A stretch of DNA of 61,651 nucleotides, counting the filler, from a bacterium (GTDB taxonomy: Bacteria; JAMOTN01): assembly GCA_027062325.1 (NCBI GenBank). It is 3 parts of 3 records of this genome, joined end to end, with 100 filler letters (N's around TTAATTAATTAA, not from the genome) between each part and the next. Parts side by side here need not be neighbours in the genome. Positions count along the whole stretch, not along the records: positions 28,566 to 56,686 come from JAMOTN010000051.1; 2 more parts are not named here. The stretch is one strand, 5' to 3'. Below, piece after piece: positions 39,971 to 50,565 of this stretch. The notes below the pieces were generated by a model that worked only from the letters and a program-made list of their open reading frames with translations, was not told the origin of the DNA and ran no database searches. Numbering within the stretch: position 1 is the stretch's first letter; each line of letters starts with the position of its first letter. Both the position numbers and the translations under genes were made by a program.

Positions 39971-39999
39971 ATTTTATCCCATTAAACTCTTTTCGTCAA
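39971..39999 (-). promoter_or_regulatory. Sigma70-type promoter
   Basis: TTGACG-N17-TAAAAT. Confidence 0.7.
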
Positions 40000-40048
40000 C
40001 TTGGAAGTTTTTCTTATATACTTAGGTAAAGATTAAAAAAGTGAAGGA

Positions 40049-41157
40049 GTGAAAAGTTTGGAAAGAGGTGCAGCCCTAACTAGCGGCATAATAATTTTTC
40101 TCTTGGTAATCTATTCTTGCCACTCCACTATTCAATCCCACAGCTCTACAGCATTTCCAAAAATATTCGTATTACTTAAAGCCAATCAATTGCCAACTAA
40201 AGACATACTAACATCTCCCATTTACGGAATAAGTGTACGCGTTCATTGGAAAATCTTGCAGCCAGCCCCCAAAAGCTTTAACTGGCAATATTTAGATGAA
40301 ATTTTTCACTTGGCTAACAAATACCATATAAAAAAGTAACTTTAAGGATATTAGGAGGTTTTTGGTCACCAAATTGGATTTACAACACTGTTCCCTCCTT
40401 CACTTACAACATTACTCCCGCCACACAACAAGCTCAAAACTTTACAAGAAAATTTGGAGCCAAAATTACCTTACCCGCTGTTTGGTGCAGTAAATATCTC
40501 AAATTATTTTCAAAACTCATCCAGAAAGTTGGCATGCGTTACAAAGAGCAAAACTCACTTGTCCTAGTCCACTTAACTGGTCCCACCTTTTTCTCTGCAG
40601 AACCAATTCTTGCGCGAAATTCCGAAGAATTAAATCTCATAAAAACTCATGGTTTCTCAAAAGAAAAAATCTTAAAGGCATGGCAAGAGATTATTTCAAC
40701 ATTCAAAGAATCTTTCCACCAACCGCTAGCACTCAACATACATTACATTATTAAAAGCAATACCTACTTATCTCTACCTGAAAAAATTATCAACATCGCT
40801 CAAAATCTCTTAGGTAATAGGCTCATAATTCAAGGAAATTGGTTCTCTCCAAAGCATGTAATAGCTTTTGTAATGTCAAAACCTCTTCCAGACTCAAAGC
40901 TTATAAAATTAGTGAAGTCTTCCAACACAAGAGGACTGCAAGAAGTTGTCCCCTTTACAAAATTAATAACCTTTTATAAAAATAAGTATTGCTCAAAACT
41001 CCTTACTCATCCATACATACACAAATTGTTAGATAAATTAAGTTGTTCTAGTTATTATCGATCTTTTTTCGAAAAATTCGGAATAGATTACATCGAAATT
41101 TATCCTGACGACCTAAATTTATTTCTTCCACACTCCAAAACGTTGCACTCACACTAA
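40049..41157 (+). pseudogene. Split glycoside-hydrolase-like (GH42/GH35-type) gene: frameshift, programmed -1 shift, or assembly error
   Basis: ORF1 has W..LQP....FNW..LD; the -1 frame continues KKVTLRILGGFWSPNW without a stop into ORF 40534-41157. Confidence 0.65.
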
Positions 41158-41196
41158 AAATTTGTGTTAAATTAGTTGTTAACAGGGGGGATGTAG

Positions 41197-42066
41197 GTGG
41201 TCATTCTCGTAAATTACATAAAAGATGTCCGCAAATTTATCACTGAATGGCGCAGTAAAGCTCTATCTATTGGTTTCGTTCCAACCATGGGATTTCTCCA
41301 TTCTGGACACCTGCAGTTAATGAAAGAATCTGCTAAAACATGCGATAAAGTTGTAGTTTCAATCTTTGTAAATCCAACGCAATTTGGTCCAAATGAAGAT
41401 TACGATAAGTATCCACGAGACTTAAAACGTGATCTAAAGTTATGCGGGGAAGTTGGAGTCGATCTGGTTTTTGCTCCTCCTGTTGAAGAAATGTACCCTG
41501 AAAAAACTTTTATAAAATTTCACGTAGAAACTTTAGCAGATGAGTTATGTGGTAAACACCGCCCTGGACATTTTGCAGGAGTTTTACAAGTAGTTGCAAA
41601 GCTTTTCAATATCGTCCAACCAGACTATGCCTTCTTTGGTAAAAAAGACGCTCAGCAGCTAATCATAATAAAGCGCATGGTAGAAGAGTTGAACTTTCCA
41701 ATTCAAATAGTCCCCGTTGACACAGTACGCGAAGAAGACGGACTAGCAATGAGTTCCAGAAATACTTATCTTTCAGAAGAAGAGAGGAAAATTGCTCCAA
41801 AGTTTTATGAAGCTTTAAAAGATGCAGTAGCTTTACTTTCAAAGATAGGGATTGAAGAAGTCAAAAAAAAGACCATAGCCTCATTAGAAAATGCTGGATT
41901 CAAACCACAATATGTGGAAATTGTGGATCTCAAAACGTTGCAACCAGTTGGTAAACTTGAAGAAGGAAAAGAATACATGATTGCCGGAGCTGTATTCTTG
42001 GGAACAACTCGTCTAATAGATAATCTCTGGTTTAAGTTTAAAAAGGGGAGGGCTGTTCTGATATGA
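41197..42066 (+). CDS. panC: Pantothenate synthetase
   Basis: [38 protein letters not shown]. Confidence 0.97.
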   Translation: MVILVNYIKDVRKFITEWRSKALSIGFVPTMGFLHSGHLQLMKESAKTCDKVVVSIFVNPTQFGPNEDYDKYPRDLKRDLKLCGEVGVDLVFAPPVEEMYPEKTFIKFHVETLADELCGKHRPGHFAGVLQVVAKLFNIVQPDYAFFGKKDAQQLIIIKRMVEELNFPIQIVPVDTVREEDGLAMSSRNTYLSEEERKIAPKFYEALKDAVALLSKIGIEEVKKKTIASLENAGFKPQYVEIVDLKTLQPVGKLEEGKEYMIAGAVFLGTTRLIDNLWFKFKKGRAVLI

Positions 42067-43616
42067 GTACAATGCGTGAAAAAATTGAACAGTTAAGGGA
42101 ATTACGTGAAAAAGTAAAGCTTGGTGGTGGCGTAAAACGCATAGAATCACAGCATAAAAAGGGTAAATTAACAGCAAGAGAGCGCCTAGCTTTGTTCTTC
42201 GATCCCGGAACATTCAGGGAGCTTGACTCATTCATGCTTCACCGCTGCACAGACTTTGGTGTAGACAAAACTAAAATTCCGGGGGATGCTGTTGTCACTG
42301 GATACGGGCTCGTAAATGGACGCCTTGTATTTGCATATGCACAGGACTTTACAGTCCTAGGTGGATCCCTTGGGGAAGTGTGTGCTCAGAAGATATGCAA
42401 GGTAATGGATTTGGCAATGCAAAACGGAGCACCAATTGTTGGTTTTAACGATTCAGGTGGTGCCAGAATACAAGAGGGTGTTTTGAGTCTTTCAGGATAC
42501 GGTGAGATTTTTTATCGCAACACAATCGCCTCAGGTGTAATTCCTCAAATTGCAGCAATAATGGGTCCCTGTGCAGGAGGAGCTGTTTACTCTCCGGGTA
42601 TAATGGATTTTACGTTCATGGTTGAGAACACAAGCTACATGTTCATAACTGGTCCTCAAGTTATAAAAGAGGTAACCAGCGAAGAGGTAAGTTTTGAAGA
42701 TCTTGGTGGAGCAAGTGTTCACACTTCAAAGAGCGGCGTTGCTCACTTTACGGCTAAGAGTGATGAAGAATGCATAGACATGATTAAAAAACTTTTATCG
42801 TACCTTCCCTCAAATAACTTAGAAGAACCACCGTATGTTGAACCAACGGAGGAAACGCATCGTCTAATTCCAGAACTTGAGGATATTGTCCCTGTTGAGT
42901 CCACAAAGCCTTACGATATGAAGGAGGTCATAAATTACGTTGTAGATAAAGGCTCATTTTTTGAAGTACAACCAAACTTTGCTCCCAATATCATCGTTGG
43001 TTTTGCAAGAATTGCTGGAAAAGTTGTAGGAATTGTAGCTAATCAGCCAAAAGAGGCCGCAGGAACTCTTGATATAAACGCATCCGTAAAAGCTGCAAGA
43101 TTTGTCAGATTTTGTGACTCATTTAACATTCCAATAGTTACGTTTGTTGACGTGCCGGGATTCTTACCTGGAGTTAATCAGGAACATGACGGAATAATAA
43201 GGCATGGTGCAAAATTGCTTTACGCATATAGTGAAGCAACAGTTCCAAAGATTACAGTGATTGTGAGAAAAGCTTACGGTGGTGCATACATTGTCATGGG
43301 AAGCAGACACTTGAGGGCAGATTTTGTATTTGCATGGCCTACAGCGGAAGTTGCTGTTATGGGACCACAGGGAGCCGTCAACATTCTCTACAGAAAGCAA
43401 CTCGCTGAAGTTGATAATCCTGAAGAAGAAAGAAAGCGCCTAATTGATGAGTATACAGCAAAATTTGCCAACCCTTACAAACCTGCTGAGTATGGCTTTG
43501 TAGATCAGATAATTGAACCTGCAGAAACTCGTATACACATTAACGATGCACTTGAAGCTCTAAAGAATAAGCGCGCTAACCTTCCTCCTAAAAAACACGG
43601 AAATATTCCTCTTTAA
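42063..43616 (+). CDS. Acyl-CoA carboxylase carboxyltransferase (PccB/MmdA type)
   Basis: [44 protein letters not shown]. Confidence 0.95.
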   Translation: MSTMREKIEQLRELREKVKLGGGVKRIESQHKKGKLTARERLALFFDPGTFRELDSFMLHRCTDFGVDKTKIPGDAVVTGYGLVNGRLVFAYAQDFTVLGGSLGEVCAQKICKVMDLAMQNGAPIVGFNDSGGARIQEGVLSLSGYGEIFYRNTIASGVIPQIAAIMGPCAGGAVYSPGIMDFTFMVENTSYMFITGPQVIKEVTSEEVSFEDLGGASVHTSKSGVAHFTAKSDEECIDMIKKLLSYLPSNNLEEPPYVEPTEETHRLIPELEDIVPVESTKPYDMKEVINYVVDKGSFFEVQPNFAPNIIVGFARIAGKVVGIVANQPKEAAGTLDINASVKAARFVRFCDSFNIPIVTFVDVPGFLPGVNQEHDGIIRHGAKLLYAYSEATVPKITVIVRKAYGGAYIVMGSRHLRADFVFAWPTAEVAVMGPQGAVNILYRKQLAEVDNPEEERKRLIDEYTAKFANPYKPAEYGFVDQIIEPAETRIHINDALEALKNKRANLPPKKHGNIPL

Positions 43617-43634
43617 AGAAGAGAGGTGTAATAG

Positions 43635-45041
43635 ATGGAAAAGGTATTTGTGGCAAATAGAGGTGAGATTGCAACCTCAATAATAAGAAGTGCCAAGAAA
43701 GCTGGTCTTAAAACAAAAGCTCTTTGGGTAAAAGGAGATCCATCTTTTCATAGACAAATAGCGGATGAACTTGTCATAACAGAAAGTGCAAACGTTCTTC
43801 TAAATGCAAAAGCCATAGTTGAAGCTGCAGATGGATGCAATTACTTACATCCAGGATACGGATTTCTGGGGGAGAGTCATCTTCTCTATTATGAAGCAAA
43901 GTTGCGAGGAATAACTCCTTTTATGCCCGATGAAAATGTCATACTATTCGGCCTCAATAAACTCCTATTCTGGAAAGAACTTGAGAGGCAAAAGCTACCA
44001 GTACTGCCTTTCTTTGAAAAGGTCGTTCGATCAACAACAGAGTTAAAAGAGGCTGCAAATATCGTAGGTTTTCCGTTAGTCTTGAAAAGCAATATAGGAT
44101 GCGGCGGAAAAGCAATTGCCATTGTTGAGAACGAAGAACAGCTATACGAAAAATTTCTAACTGTGCAACGTACATCTACCATTTTATTCGATAGTGGTGA
44201 TATAGTTGTTCAAAAGTTTGCTAAAGGAGACGTCATATCAGTCGCAGTCCTTTCAGACGGAAATGATCTATTTATCCTCCCTCCAACTAAATCAATTCTC
44301 TTTAGAAAATTCCAAAAATTGGCTACATCCACTGAAGTTTCCAGTTCTGTCGCTAGGAAAGTCGAAAAGCTTACTCGTTCAATCTTAGCTAATCACCGCT
44401 TTAAGGGAATAGTAGAGATTGAATTTATAGAGAGTGAAGGTGAACTATATCCAATAGAGTTAAATCCACGCCTTCCTTCTGACTACCACATAATAAATGC
44501 TGCACTCCAAGATGACATAGTTTTTTGGGCTATCAAAGCTCACCTTGGTGAAAAAGTCAAGATAAATACACGCAAAGAGAAAGAATGTGTATGGTTCAAA
44601 GTTTATGCAGAAGATGTATTGAACAACAACCAGCCGGTTCCCGATTTCATTGAGAAAGTCGTCGTACCACACTTCAGAAATCTACGATGGTATCCAAGCG
44701 TTACATATCCTTCAAAACTTCCTATAAGTTTTGAAGCTTTAATAGGAGTAGCCGTAGCAGTAGAAGACACTATGGAGGCTGCTAAAGATAGCGCCATTCA
44801 AATTCTAAGTGAGATAATTGTAACCGGTGTTCCAACAAATAAAACTCTTATAAAGGCAGCTCTTATGAACAAATCTCTTGAAGAAGTTATCAGTGAAATT
44901 GAAGAGCTTGAAATCTATGCAGCAATAGGATCAGCTTTACATGACTACTTCTCAATAAATGCTACCAAACCTATTAACGTATCCCGTACAAACTGGAAAG
45001 ATTTAAACAAATTCAAAGCCATGTTCATAAGCAGAATATAA
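43635..45041 (+). CDS. Divergent biotin carboxylase
   Basis: VANRGEIA, HPGYGFLGE, GFPLVLK, GGK, ELNPRL, YAED, GVPTN. Confidence 0.85.
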   Translation: MEKVFVANRGEIATSIIRSAKKAGLKTKALWVKGDPSFHRQIADELVITESANVLLNAKAIVEAADGCNYLHPGYGFLGESHLLYYEAKLRGITPFMPDENVILFGLNKLLFWKELERQKLPVLPFFEKVVRSTTELKEAANIVGFPLVLKSNIGCGGKAIAIVENEEQLYEKFLTVQRTSTILFDSGDIVVQKFAKGDVISVAVLSDGNDLFILPPTKSILFRKFQKLATSTEVSSSVARKVEKLTRSILANHRFKGIVEIEFIESEGELYPIELNPRLPSDYHIINAALQDDIVFWAIKAHLGEKVKINTRKEKECVWFKVYAEDVLNNNQPVPDFIEKVVVPHFRNLRWYPSVTYPSKLPISFEALIGVAVAVEDTMEAAKDSAIQILSEIIVTGVPTNKTLIKAALMNKSLEEVISEIEELEIYAAIGSALHDYFSINATKPINVSRTNWKDLNKFKAMFISRI

Positions 45042-45047
45042 ACCGAG

Positions 45048-45560
45048 GTGGAGCATATGAAGTGGATAATTGGAGTTGGAGACAAAAATATAGAGGTCGA
45101 ACTCATTTCTAAACAGCGAGCTTCCTTTATCTTTAGGGTGGGTGACAGAGAAATAAAAGTGGAACTCCCAGACAACTTAAAGCGCTCAAATGAACTTCTG
45201 ATAGACGGTAAACTTGTAAACCTCAAGTATCTCTACAATTTTCACAACGAACTAGCAAAAGTTTTAGTCAAAGACCTAGCAATCCCTGTCAAAATTTCCA
45301 AACCAACAATTGAACGCCCAAAAGTGGAGGAAAAAGACATATCAAAAGCTGTAGTTAAAACTGAACTTGCAGGCAAAGTGTTGAAAATCTTAAAGGACGA
45401 GGGTGAAAAAGTCAAAAAAGGCGAAGTAGTGATAATATTCGAGTCTATGAAGATGGAAAACGAGATAACTTCTCCTATTGATGGTGTTGTAACAAGTATA
45501 AACGTCGAGGAAGGAGATAGTGTTTTAGCAGGTTATAATCTATTCGTAGTTGAAAAGTGA
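45048..45560 (+). CDS. Biotin carboxyl carrier protein
   Basis: ESMKMENE biotinylation motif. Confidence 0.92.
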   Translation: MEHMKWIIGVGDKNIEVELISKQRASFIFRVGDREIKVELPDNLKRSNELLIDGKLVNLKYLYNFHNELAKVLVKDLAIPVKISKPTIERPKVEEKDISKAVVKTELAGKVLKILKDEGEKVKKGEVVIIFESMKMENEITSPIDGVVTSINVEEGDSVLAGYNLFVVEK

Positions 45561-45572
45561 TAATCGAAAACC

Positions 45573-47330
45573 ATGAAGTTCGTAGGAACCGTAAAAAAAG
45601 TTATCTACTCATCACCCACTTTTTCAGTCTTTGTCGTATCAAAGGGAATGGAGAATATTATCGTAACGTCAGATATTCCAGTTGAAGTGGGAGAAACTTT
45701 TGAATTCGAAGGTGACTTTACAACTCATCCTCGCTACGGTCTTCAATTCAAATCCATTAAAACGCTACCAGTAGACGGTTTAGAAGCATCAATTTTCTCA
45801 ATTAAAGGGATAAGCTCCTCAACCTGGAAAAAACTCAAGCAGAGCTATGGATGGAAGCTTAACAACGTTCTACGTCACGATCCATATCGCATAGCATTCG
45901 AGATAAAAGGAGTTGGTTTTAAAAAAGCAGATACCATAGCTCAAGGTTTAGGCATATCAAAAGAGCAGCGCAATTCTGCAGCAACACGTTGGGTACTAGA
46001 GTCGTACTTTGAAAATGGTCATACTGCTATGCCTCTTGAAGAATTTTATTTTGAACTTGAAAAATTGAACGCTTCACCAGTTGCAGATGAAACTGTAATA
46101 GTTGGCAATCTGATCACCACTAAGCAGATGTTTGAAATCGAAAAGCAATTAGCAGAAAAGCTCCTTTCCTTATCAAACTCAATTGGCTGGTGGAATTCTC
46201 CAGATTTTCTCGAGCGCTTAAAAAATTTTCCAAAAACAGAAGAATTCTCCTTTACTTCAGATCAACTCGCAGCATTTTCGTGCTTGGCATATCCCGTATC
46301 GATCCTTACAGGAGGTCCCGGAACTGGCAAAACTACTCTTCTAAAATTCTTCGTAAAATTCTTAAAATCTGAAGGACTAAGTGTAGTGATAGCTGCGCCC
46401 ACTGGTAAAGCTGCCCGGCGTCTTGAAGAAGTAACAGGAGCTAAAGCTTTTACTATTCACAAGCTACTCCTACAACTTACTCCAAATGCAGCCGATGTAC
46501 TGATCATCGATGAAACTTCTATGCTGTCTGTGGATCTGGCACTAAAACTTCTCTCTTCTTTAAATCCACCAGTTCAAATCATATTTGTTGGTGATCCAGA
46601 TCAACTTCCCTCAATCGAACCAGGAAACTTCCTAGAAGATCTAATCAACTCAAGATGTTTTGTACACTGGCACCTCACCTCTAAACACCGTTTTAGAACA
46701 TCAGGTATAGCTTTAGCTGCTGAAAAAGTCCTTGAAGGTAAGTGGCCAAGTGGCGTGGAATTCATCCCATCAACTACCGACACCATTTTTTCCACTCTTT
46801 CAAAGTTTGATAATTCATGGCAGCTCTTAGTCCCCATGAAGCGTGGTAAAGTTGGAACTTCTCGGATAAACGCCTTCATGCAAAAGCGCTTCGCATCTTC
46901 TGTAAGGAACTTTGGGGGTATAAGGCTTGGAGTTGGCGACAGAATTATATGGACTAAAAACGATTATACTCTTATGCTCTTAAACGGCCAGGTTGGAAAA
47001 GTCACTTCCATAACACCTCTCAAGTTTAAATTTGAAGATGAAAATTCGCCTCGTTCGATACCCCATGAGAAACTTTTCATGCTGGACCTTGCATGGGCAA
47101 TATCCATTCACAAATCACAGGGTAGCCAATTTGAAAAAGTTTTGATTCCTGTATTCACTGAGCATTACATAATGCTGTCTCGCCGCCTAATATACACAGC
47201 ACTTACTCGCGCTGAAAAAGAGTGCATATTTATAGGTCAAAAGAGAGCCCTTATGATGGGGATCAACAAAAAAGATCAATTAAAGCGAAACACTTTGTTA
47301 GTAAATTTTTTAAAAAAACTGCACACTTGA
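45573..47330 (+). CDS. recD2: RecD2-like SF1B helicase
   Basis: HPRYGLQF, GVGFKKAD, TGGPGTGKT, APTGKAA, DETSM, IHKSQGS, YTALTRA. Confidence 0.9.
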   Translation: MKFVGTVKKVIYSSPTFSVFVVSKGMENIIVTSDIPVEVGETFEFEGDFTTHPRYGLQFKSIKTLPVDGLEASIFSIKGISSSTWKKLKQSYGWKLNNVLRHDPYRIAFEIKGVGFKKADTIAQGLGISKEQRNSAATRWVLESYFENGHTAMPLEEFYFELEKLNASPVADETVIVGNLITTKQMFEIEKQLAEKLLSLSNSIGWWNSPDFLERLKNFPKTEEFSFTSDQLAAFSCLAYPVSILTGGPGTGKTTLLKFFVKFLKSEGLSVVIAAPTGKAARRLEEVTGAKAFTIHKLLLQLTPNAADVLIIDETSMLSVDLALKLLSSLNPPVQIIFVGDPDQLPSIEPGNFLEDLINSRCFVHWHLTSKHRFRTSGIALAAEKVLEGKWPSGVEFIPSTTDTIFSTLSKFDNSWQLLVPMKRGKVGTSRINAFMQKRFASSVRNFGGIRLGVGDRIIWTKNDYTLMLLNGQVGKVTSITPLKFKFEDENSPRSIPHEKLFMLDLAWAISIHKSQGSQFEKVLIPVFTEHYIMLSRRLIYTALTRAEKECIFIGQKRALMMGINKKDQLKRNTLLVNFLKKLHT

Positions 47331-47336
47331 TAAAAT

Positions 47337-48911
47337 TTGTCAACAGGTATGTTAAAAGAAAAAATATATCTTTCATATGCAAAGCTAATTGGTTTCTTAT
47401 CTTTCCTTACTCAAATTTTCATAGTTAAAGCAATTTCTTCATTAGTTGATGAATTTTTCTCCTTTTTAGCAGTAGCTTTGATAGTTAGCTTTGAAATCAT
47501 TGGTATTCTCATAGCAAAAAAGCTAAAACTTTCACCTAAAGTAATAAAATTATTCCTACTAACTTTCCCTCTTCAAGTTGCTACTGCTGTTTGGCTCTAT
47601 CCATCAGTATGCATTGTTAAAAGCTTATACAAACAATTTTTATTTATAGCTCCATTCATGCCAACATTCATACTATCAGGTCTTGTAATGCTAAACTTCA
47701 AAATTTTCATAGAAGAAACCAAAGGTAGCTTTCTGGCTTTTTTGTGCTACTTTTTTATTAGTAAAAAAATTGGACTGTGGGGAATTTTATTTCTTGCTTC
47801 AATAGTCGCTATAATCTCCACTTTTCACAAGCCACACAAAAAAAATCCAGTCTTTAAAATATTCACTACCATTGGAATCACCTTAATCATTCTCATTTCA
47901 CCTTTGCTATCGGCAAAGCTCTGGTTACACAAGTTAAATCTTACAAAATCTCAATCACGTATAGCTATTTGCACAAATGATATGGTAAAAGCAGAAAACA
48001 CCATATACATAAATGGTAAACCCATAAACTGTGCGATCAAACCTCTAGAATACAACATTCTAAATTCCAAGATATCCTCCATTGATCCCATCGAAAAGTT
48101 GACAATTGCTGTCCCACCAAACAAACTAAAAGCATTTGAAACATTGGGATTCAAGACAAAAAATATTTATAACGCAAATAAAGTCTATAAACGTTATCCT
48201 GTAACTTCTCTTGAAACGCTCGGTCTACTTTTTAAAAAAGACGTGCTATTTTCATTCTATGGAGACATCATTGAATTAAAAAAACTAAAAAAATATCTTG
48301 ACATAAACATTCCTTCTTTTTCTTTGCCACCTTTAACTTTTGAAAAACACTTTGACTTAAAAACTTTAGTAAAATTTCTTGTAAACTATGCAAACTCAAG
48401 TATCATTGACATTGGAGTAAATCCTCTTAAATTTAAACATGCAATAAAAATATTGCTTTATGTTATTGCAGCATCATTCACCCTTTTTCTTCTAATCCAT
48501 TATCTTAACGACGCAGTCACACTAATAAAACTCTTTCTCATATCTTTTACTGGATTTTCCCTTCAAATAATCTCAACTCTTATATCTTCACTGCTATTTA
48601 AAAGCTTCCCATTACAACTTGCGGCGGCAACATCCATGGCCTTCTGTGGCATTATTATGAAATATTCTAAGCGCCAAAGCTGGTTACTCAACTCCATAAT
48701 ACTGACAACTACAATTGTATCTCCCATTCACTTAATAGTTCTTTTCACATATTCAAAGCTATCTTACATCATGGAAAAACTCGAAAAAAGCATGGGGTCC
48801 GCAAATACTCCAAATTCTAAAACCCCTATCTCTACCATAGCAGTCCCTTTAATATGCGACTTATTTGGAATAGTTGTAGCAGCTTTAATCCTAAACTTAC
48901 TGAGAATATAA
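47337..48911 (+). CDS. Polytopic membrane protein of unknown function
   Basis: 524-aa ORF; N- and C-terminal TM bundles around a soluble domain. Confidence 0.65.
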   Translation: MSTGMLKEKIYLSYAKLIGFLSFLTQIFIVKAISSLVDEFFSFLAVALIVSFEIIGILIAKKLKLSPKVIKLFLLTFPLQVATAVWLYPSVCIVKSLYKQFLFIAPFMPTFILSGLVMLNFKIFIEETKGSFLAFLCYFFISKKIGLWGILFLASIVAIISTFHKPHKKNPVFKIFTTIGITLIILISPLLSAKLWLHKLNLTKSQSRIAICTNDMVKAENTIYINGKPINCAIKPLEYNILNSKISSIDPIEKLTIAVPPNKLKAFETLGFKTKNIYNANKVYKRYPVTSLETLGLLFKKDVLFSFYGDIIELKKLKKYLDINIPSFSLPPLTFEKHFDLKTLVKFLVNYANSSIIDIGVNPLKFKHAIKILLYVIAASFTLFLLIHYLNDAVTLIKLFLISFTGFSLQIISTLISSLLFKSFPLQLAAATSMAFCGIIMKYSKRQSWLLNSIILTTTIVSPIHLIVLFTYSKLSYIMEKLEKSMGSANTPNSKTPISTIAVPLICDLFGIVVAALILNLLRI

Positions 48912-48926
48912 CTACCTCTCTAACTT

Positions 48927-49601
48927 CTATTCTCTAACCCCAGTTTGAGATTTGTCATTTCCCTCAAGTATTATCTGAATCGAATCTCCACCACCGGGCA
49001 ACTTTATATTCCTAACCTTCACTATCTTCAACTTTCCAGATCTACGTTTGGCTGCGATAAACAACTGCTTGAAGTAATCGTATAAATCCGAGTAGCGTTT
49101 TTTTCCCAACCTCGATAGTAATGGCTTCTTATAACGCTCAAGAAGAACTAGTATCCCCTTCAACTCCTCCAACTTGAAAAGTTTAGCCGGGTCATCACTC
49201 CTCTCTGCTACACTTTTTAAATCCGAAAAGTTACTCACCATCTCCTCATAAGTAGGTATTTCTTTCATAAAAGTTGTTATTCCTACTTTTTTACACAAGC
49301 CCGCTATAAACTTAGCATCTCTCTTATTTATCTGCTTCCAAACACCCTGCCAAGCATCCAACCAACCTTCTGAACCAAGCACCGGCCCTTTCTTTTTTCT
49401 CACCTTCTTGACAGGTTTCTTTTTAGATTTTACCTCAGTACTTGCCGGTATAGTAATAGTTATGACTATTCCATTATCCGCATTTATTTTTTCCGGAATT
49501 GGCATCTCCACATCCAGCGCAAAAGCACTACGTAACAACAATAATATCCCCAGCAGGACCAGAGAGCCACTCAACACCTTTTTCTCCCACATACACATCA
49601 T
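48927..49601 (-). CDS. Exported hypothetical protein (start uncertain)
   Basis: Signal-like LVLLGILLLLRSAFA; last gene of a minus-strand operon. Confidence 0.65.
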   Translation of the reverse strand: MMCMWEKKVLSGSLVLLGILLLLRSAFALDVEMPIPEKINADNGIVITITIPASTEVKSKKKPVKKVRKKKGPVLGSEGWLDAWQGVWKQINKRDAKFIAGLCKKVGITTFMKEIPTYEEMVSNFSDLKSVAERSDDPAKLFKLEELKGILVLLERYKKPLLSRLGKKRYSDLYDYFKQLFIAAKRRSGKLKIVKVRNIKLPGGGDSIQIILEGNDKSQTGVRE

Positions 49602-50565
49602 CTTCTAATCTCACTCCACCTTTTCCTTCAATGTATATGCCCGGCTCTATAGTGAAAGTTACTCCAACATCCAAAGAATCCTCTGAGCCTGGCGACACTG
49701 CCGGCATTTCATGTACCTCAATCCCTATACCATGTCCTAATCCGTGAATAAACTTACCACCATACCCAGCATTTTCTATGAAAGAACGTGCTACTTCATC
49801 AATTTTTCTTGCCTTTACTCCTGCTCTTACCTTTTCAAAAGCCTCATTTTTAGCCTTTAAAACAGTCTCATATATTTTATCGAACCCATCAGGTACCTTT
49901 TTTAAAAAAATGGTACGCGTTATGTCCGAACAGTAACCGTTGTATTTGAAACCGAAATCTATAAGAAGTATTCCTTCTTCAATTAGCTTCCTAGAAGTTT
50001 TGTAGTGTGGCACGCTAGAGCCTGCCCCAGTTGCAACAATAGGATAGAAAGAAAAATCTTCCGCCCCTAATTCAAGTCCTTTAGCATACATGTATCCAAC
50101 AAGTTCTAATTCCGTCATACCCACTCTAACAACATTCAAAAGCTCTTCAAATACACGCTCAGCTATTTGACAAGCTTTTTTCATATTTTCCACTTCATAC
50201 TTATCTTTATTAACTCTAAGCCTTGCCACCTTTTTCGCTACTCTAATAAGTTCAAAAGAAGCACTCAATCCTTCCCACTCAGCAACATTCAAACCTACTT
50301 CATCCACAAATAAATCTTTTTCATCTAAATTTTTCTTCAACCATTCAATATTAAACCCATCCACCACGTTTATAAAATCAACCTTTTGTTTTGCCTCTTC
50401 CAAGTACAGCTTGTTCGTTAATAAATAAAATTCTTTCCCATCAAATAACAACCATCCTTCGCCCGAAAATCCTGTAAAGTAAAAAACATTAGGCCCTGTA
50501 ATCAAAATTTGGCTTTTCCCAAGCAAGTTCAAAAGTCTCTCTAATCTCATCCGATATGGCTTCAT
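49528..50565 (-). CDS. M24 family Xaa-Pro peptidase
   Basis: PH, IDFG, YCSDITRT, HGLGHGIG.EVHE, TIEPG, GVRLED. Confidence 0.93.
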   Translation of the reverse strand: MKPYRMRLERLLNLLGKSQILITGPNVFYFTGFSGEGWLLFDGKEFYLLTNKLYLEEAKQKVDFINVVDGFNIEWLKKNLDEKDLFVDEVGLNVAEWEGLSASFELIRVAKKVARLRVNKDKYEVENMKKACQIAERVFEELLNVVRVGMTELELVGYMYAKGLELGAEDFSFYPIVATGAGSSVPHYKTSRKLIEEGILLIDFGFKYNGYCSDITRTIFLKKVPDGFDKIYETVLKAKNEAFEKVRAGVKARKIDEVARSFIENAGYGGKFIHGLGHGIGIEVHEMPAVSPGSEDSLDVGVTFTIEPGIYIEGKGGVRLEDDVYVGEKGVEWLSGPAGDIIVVT

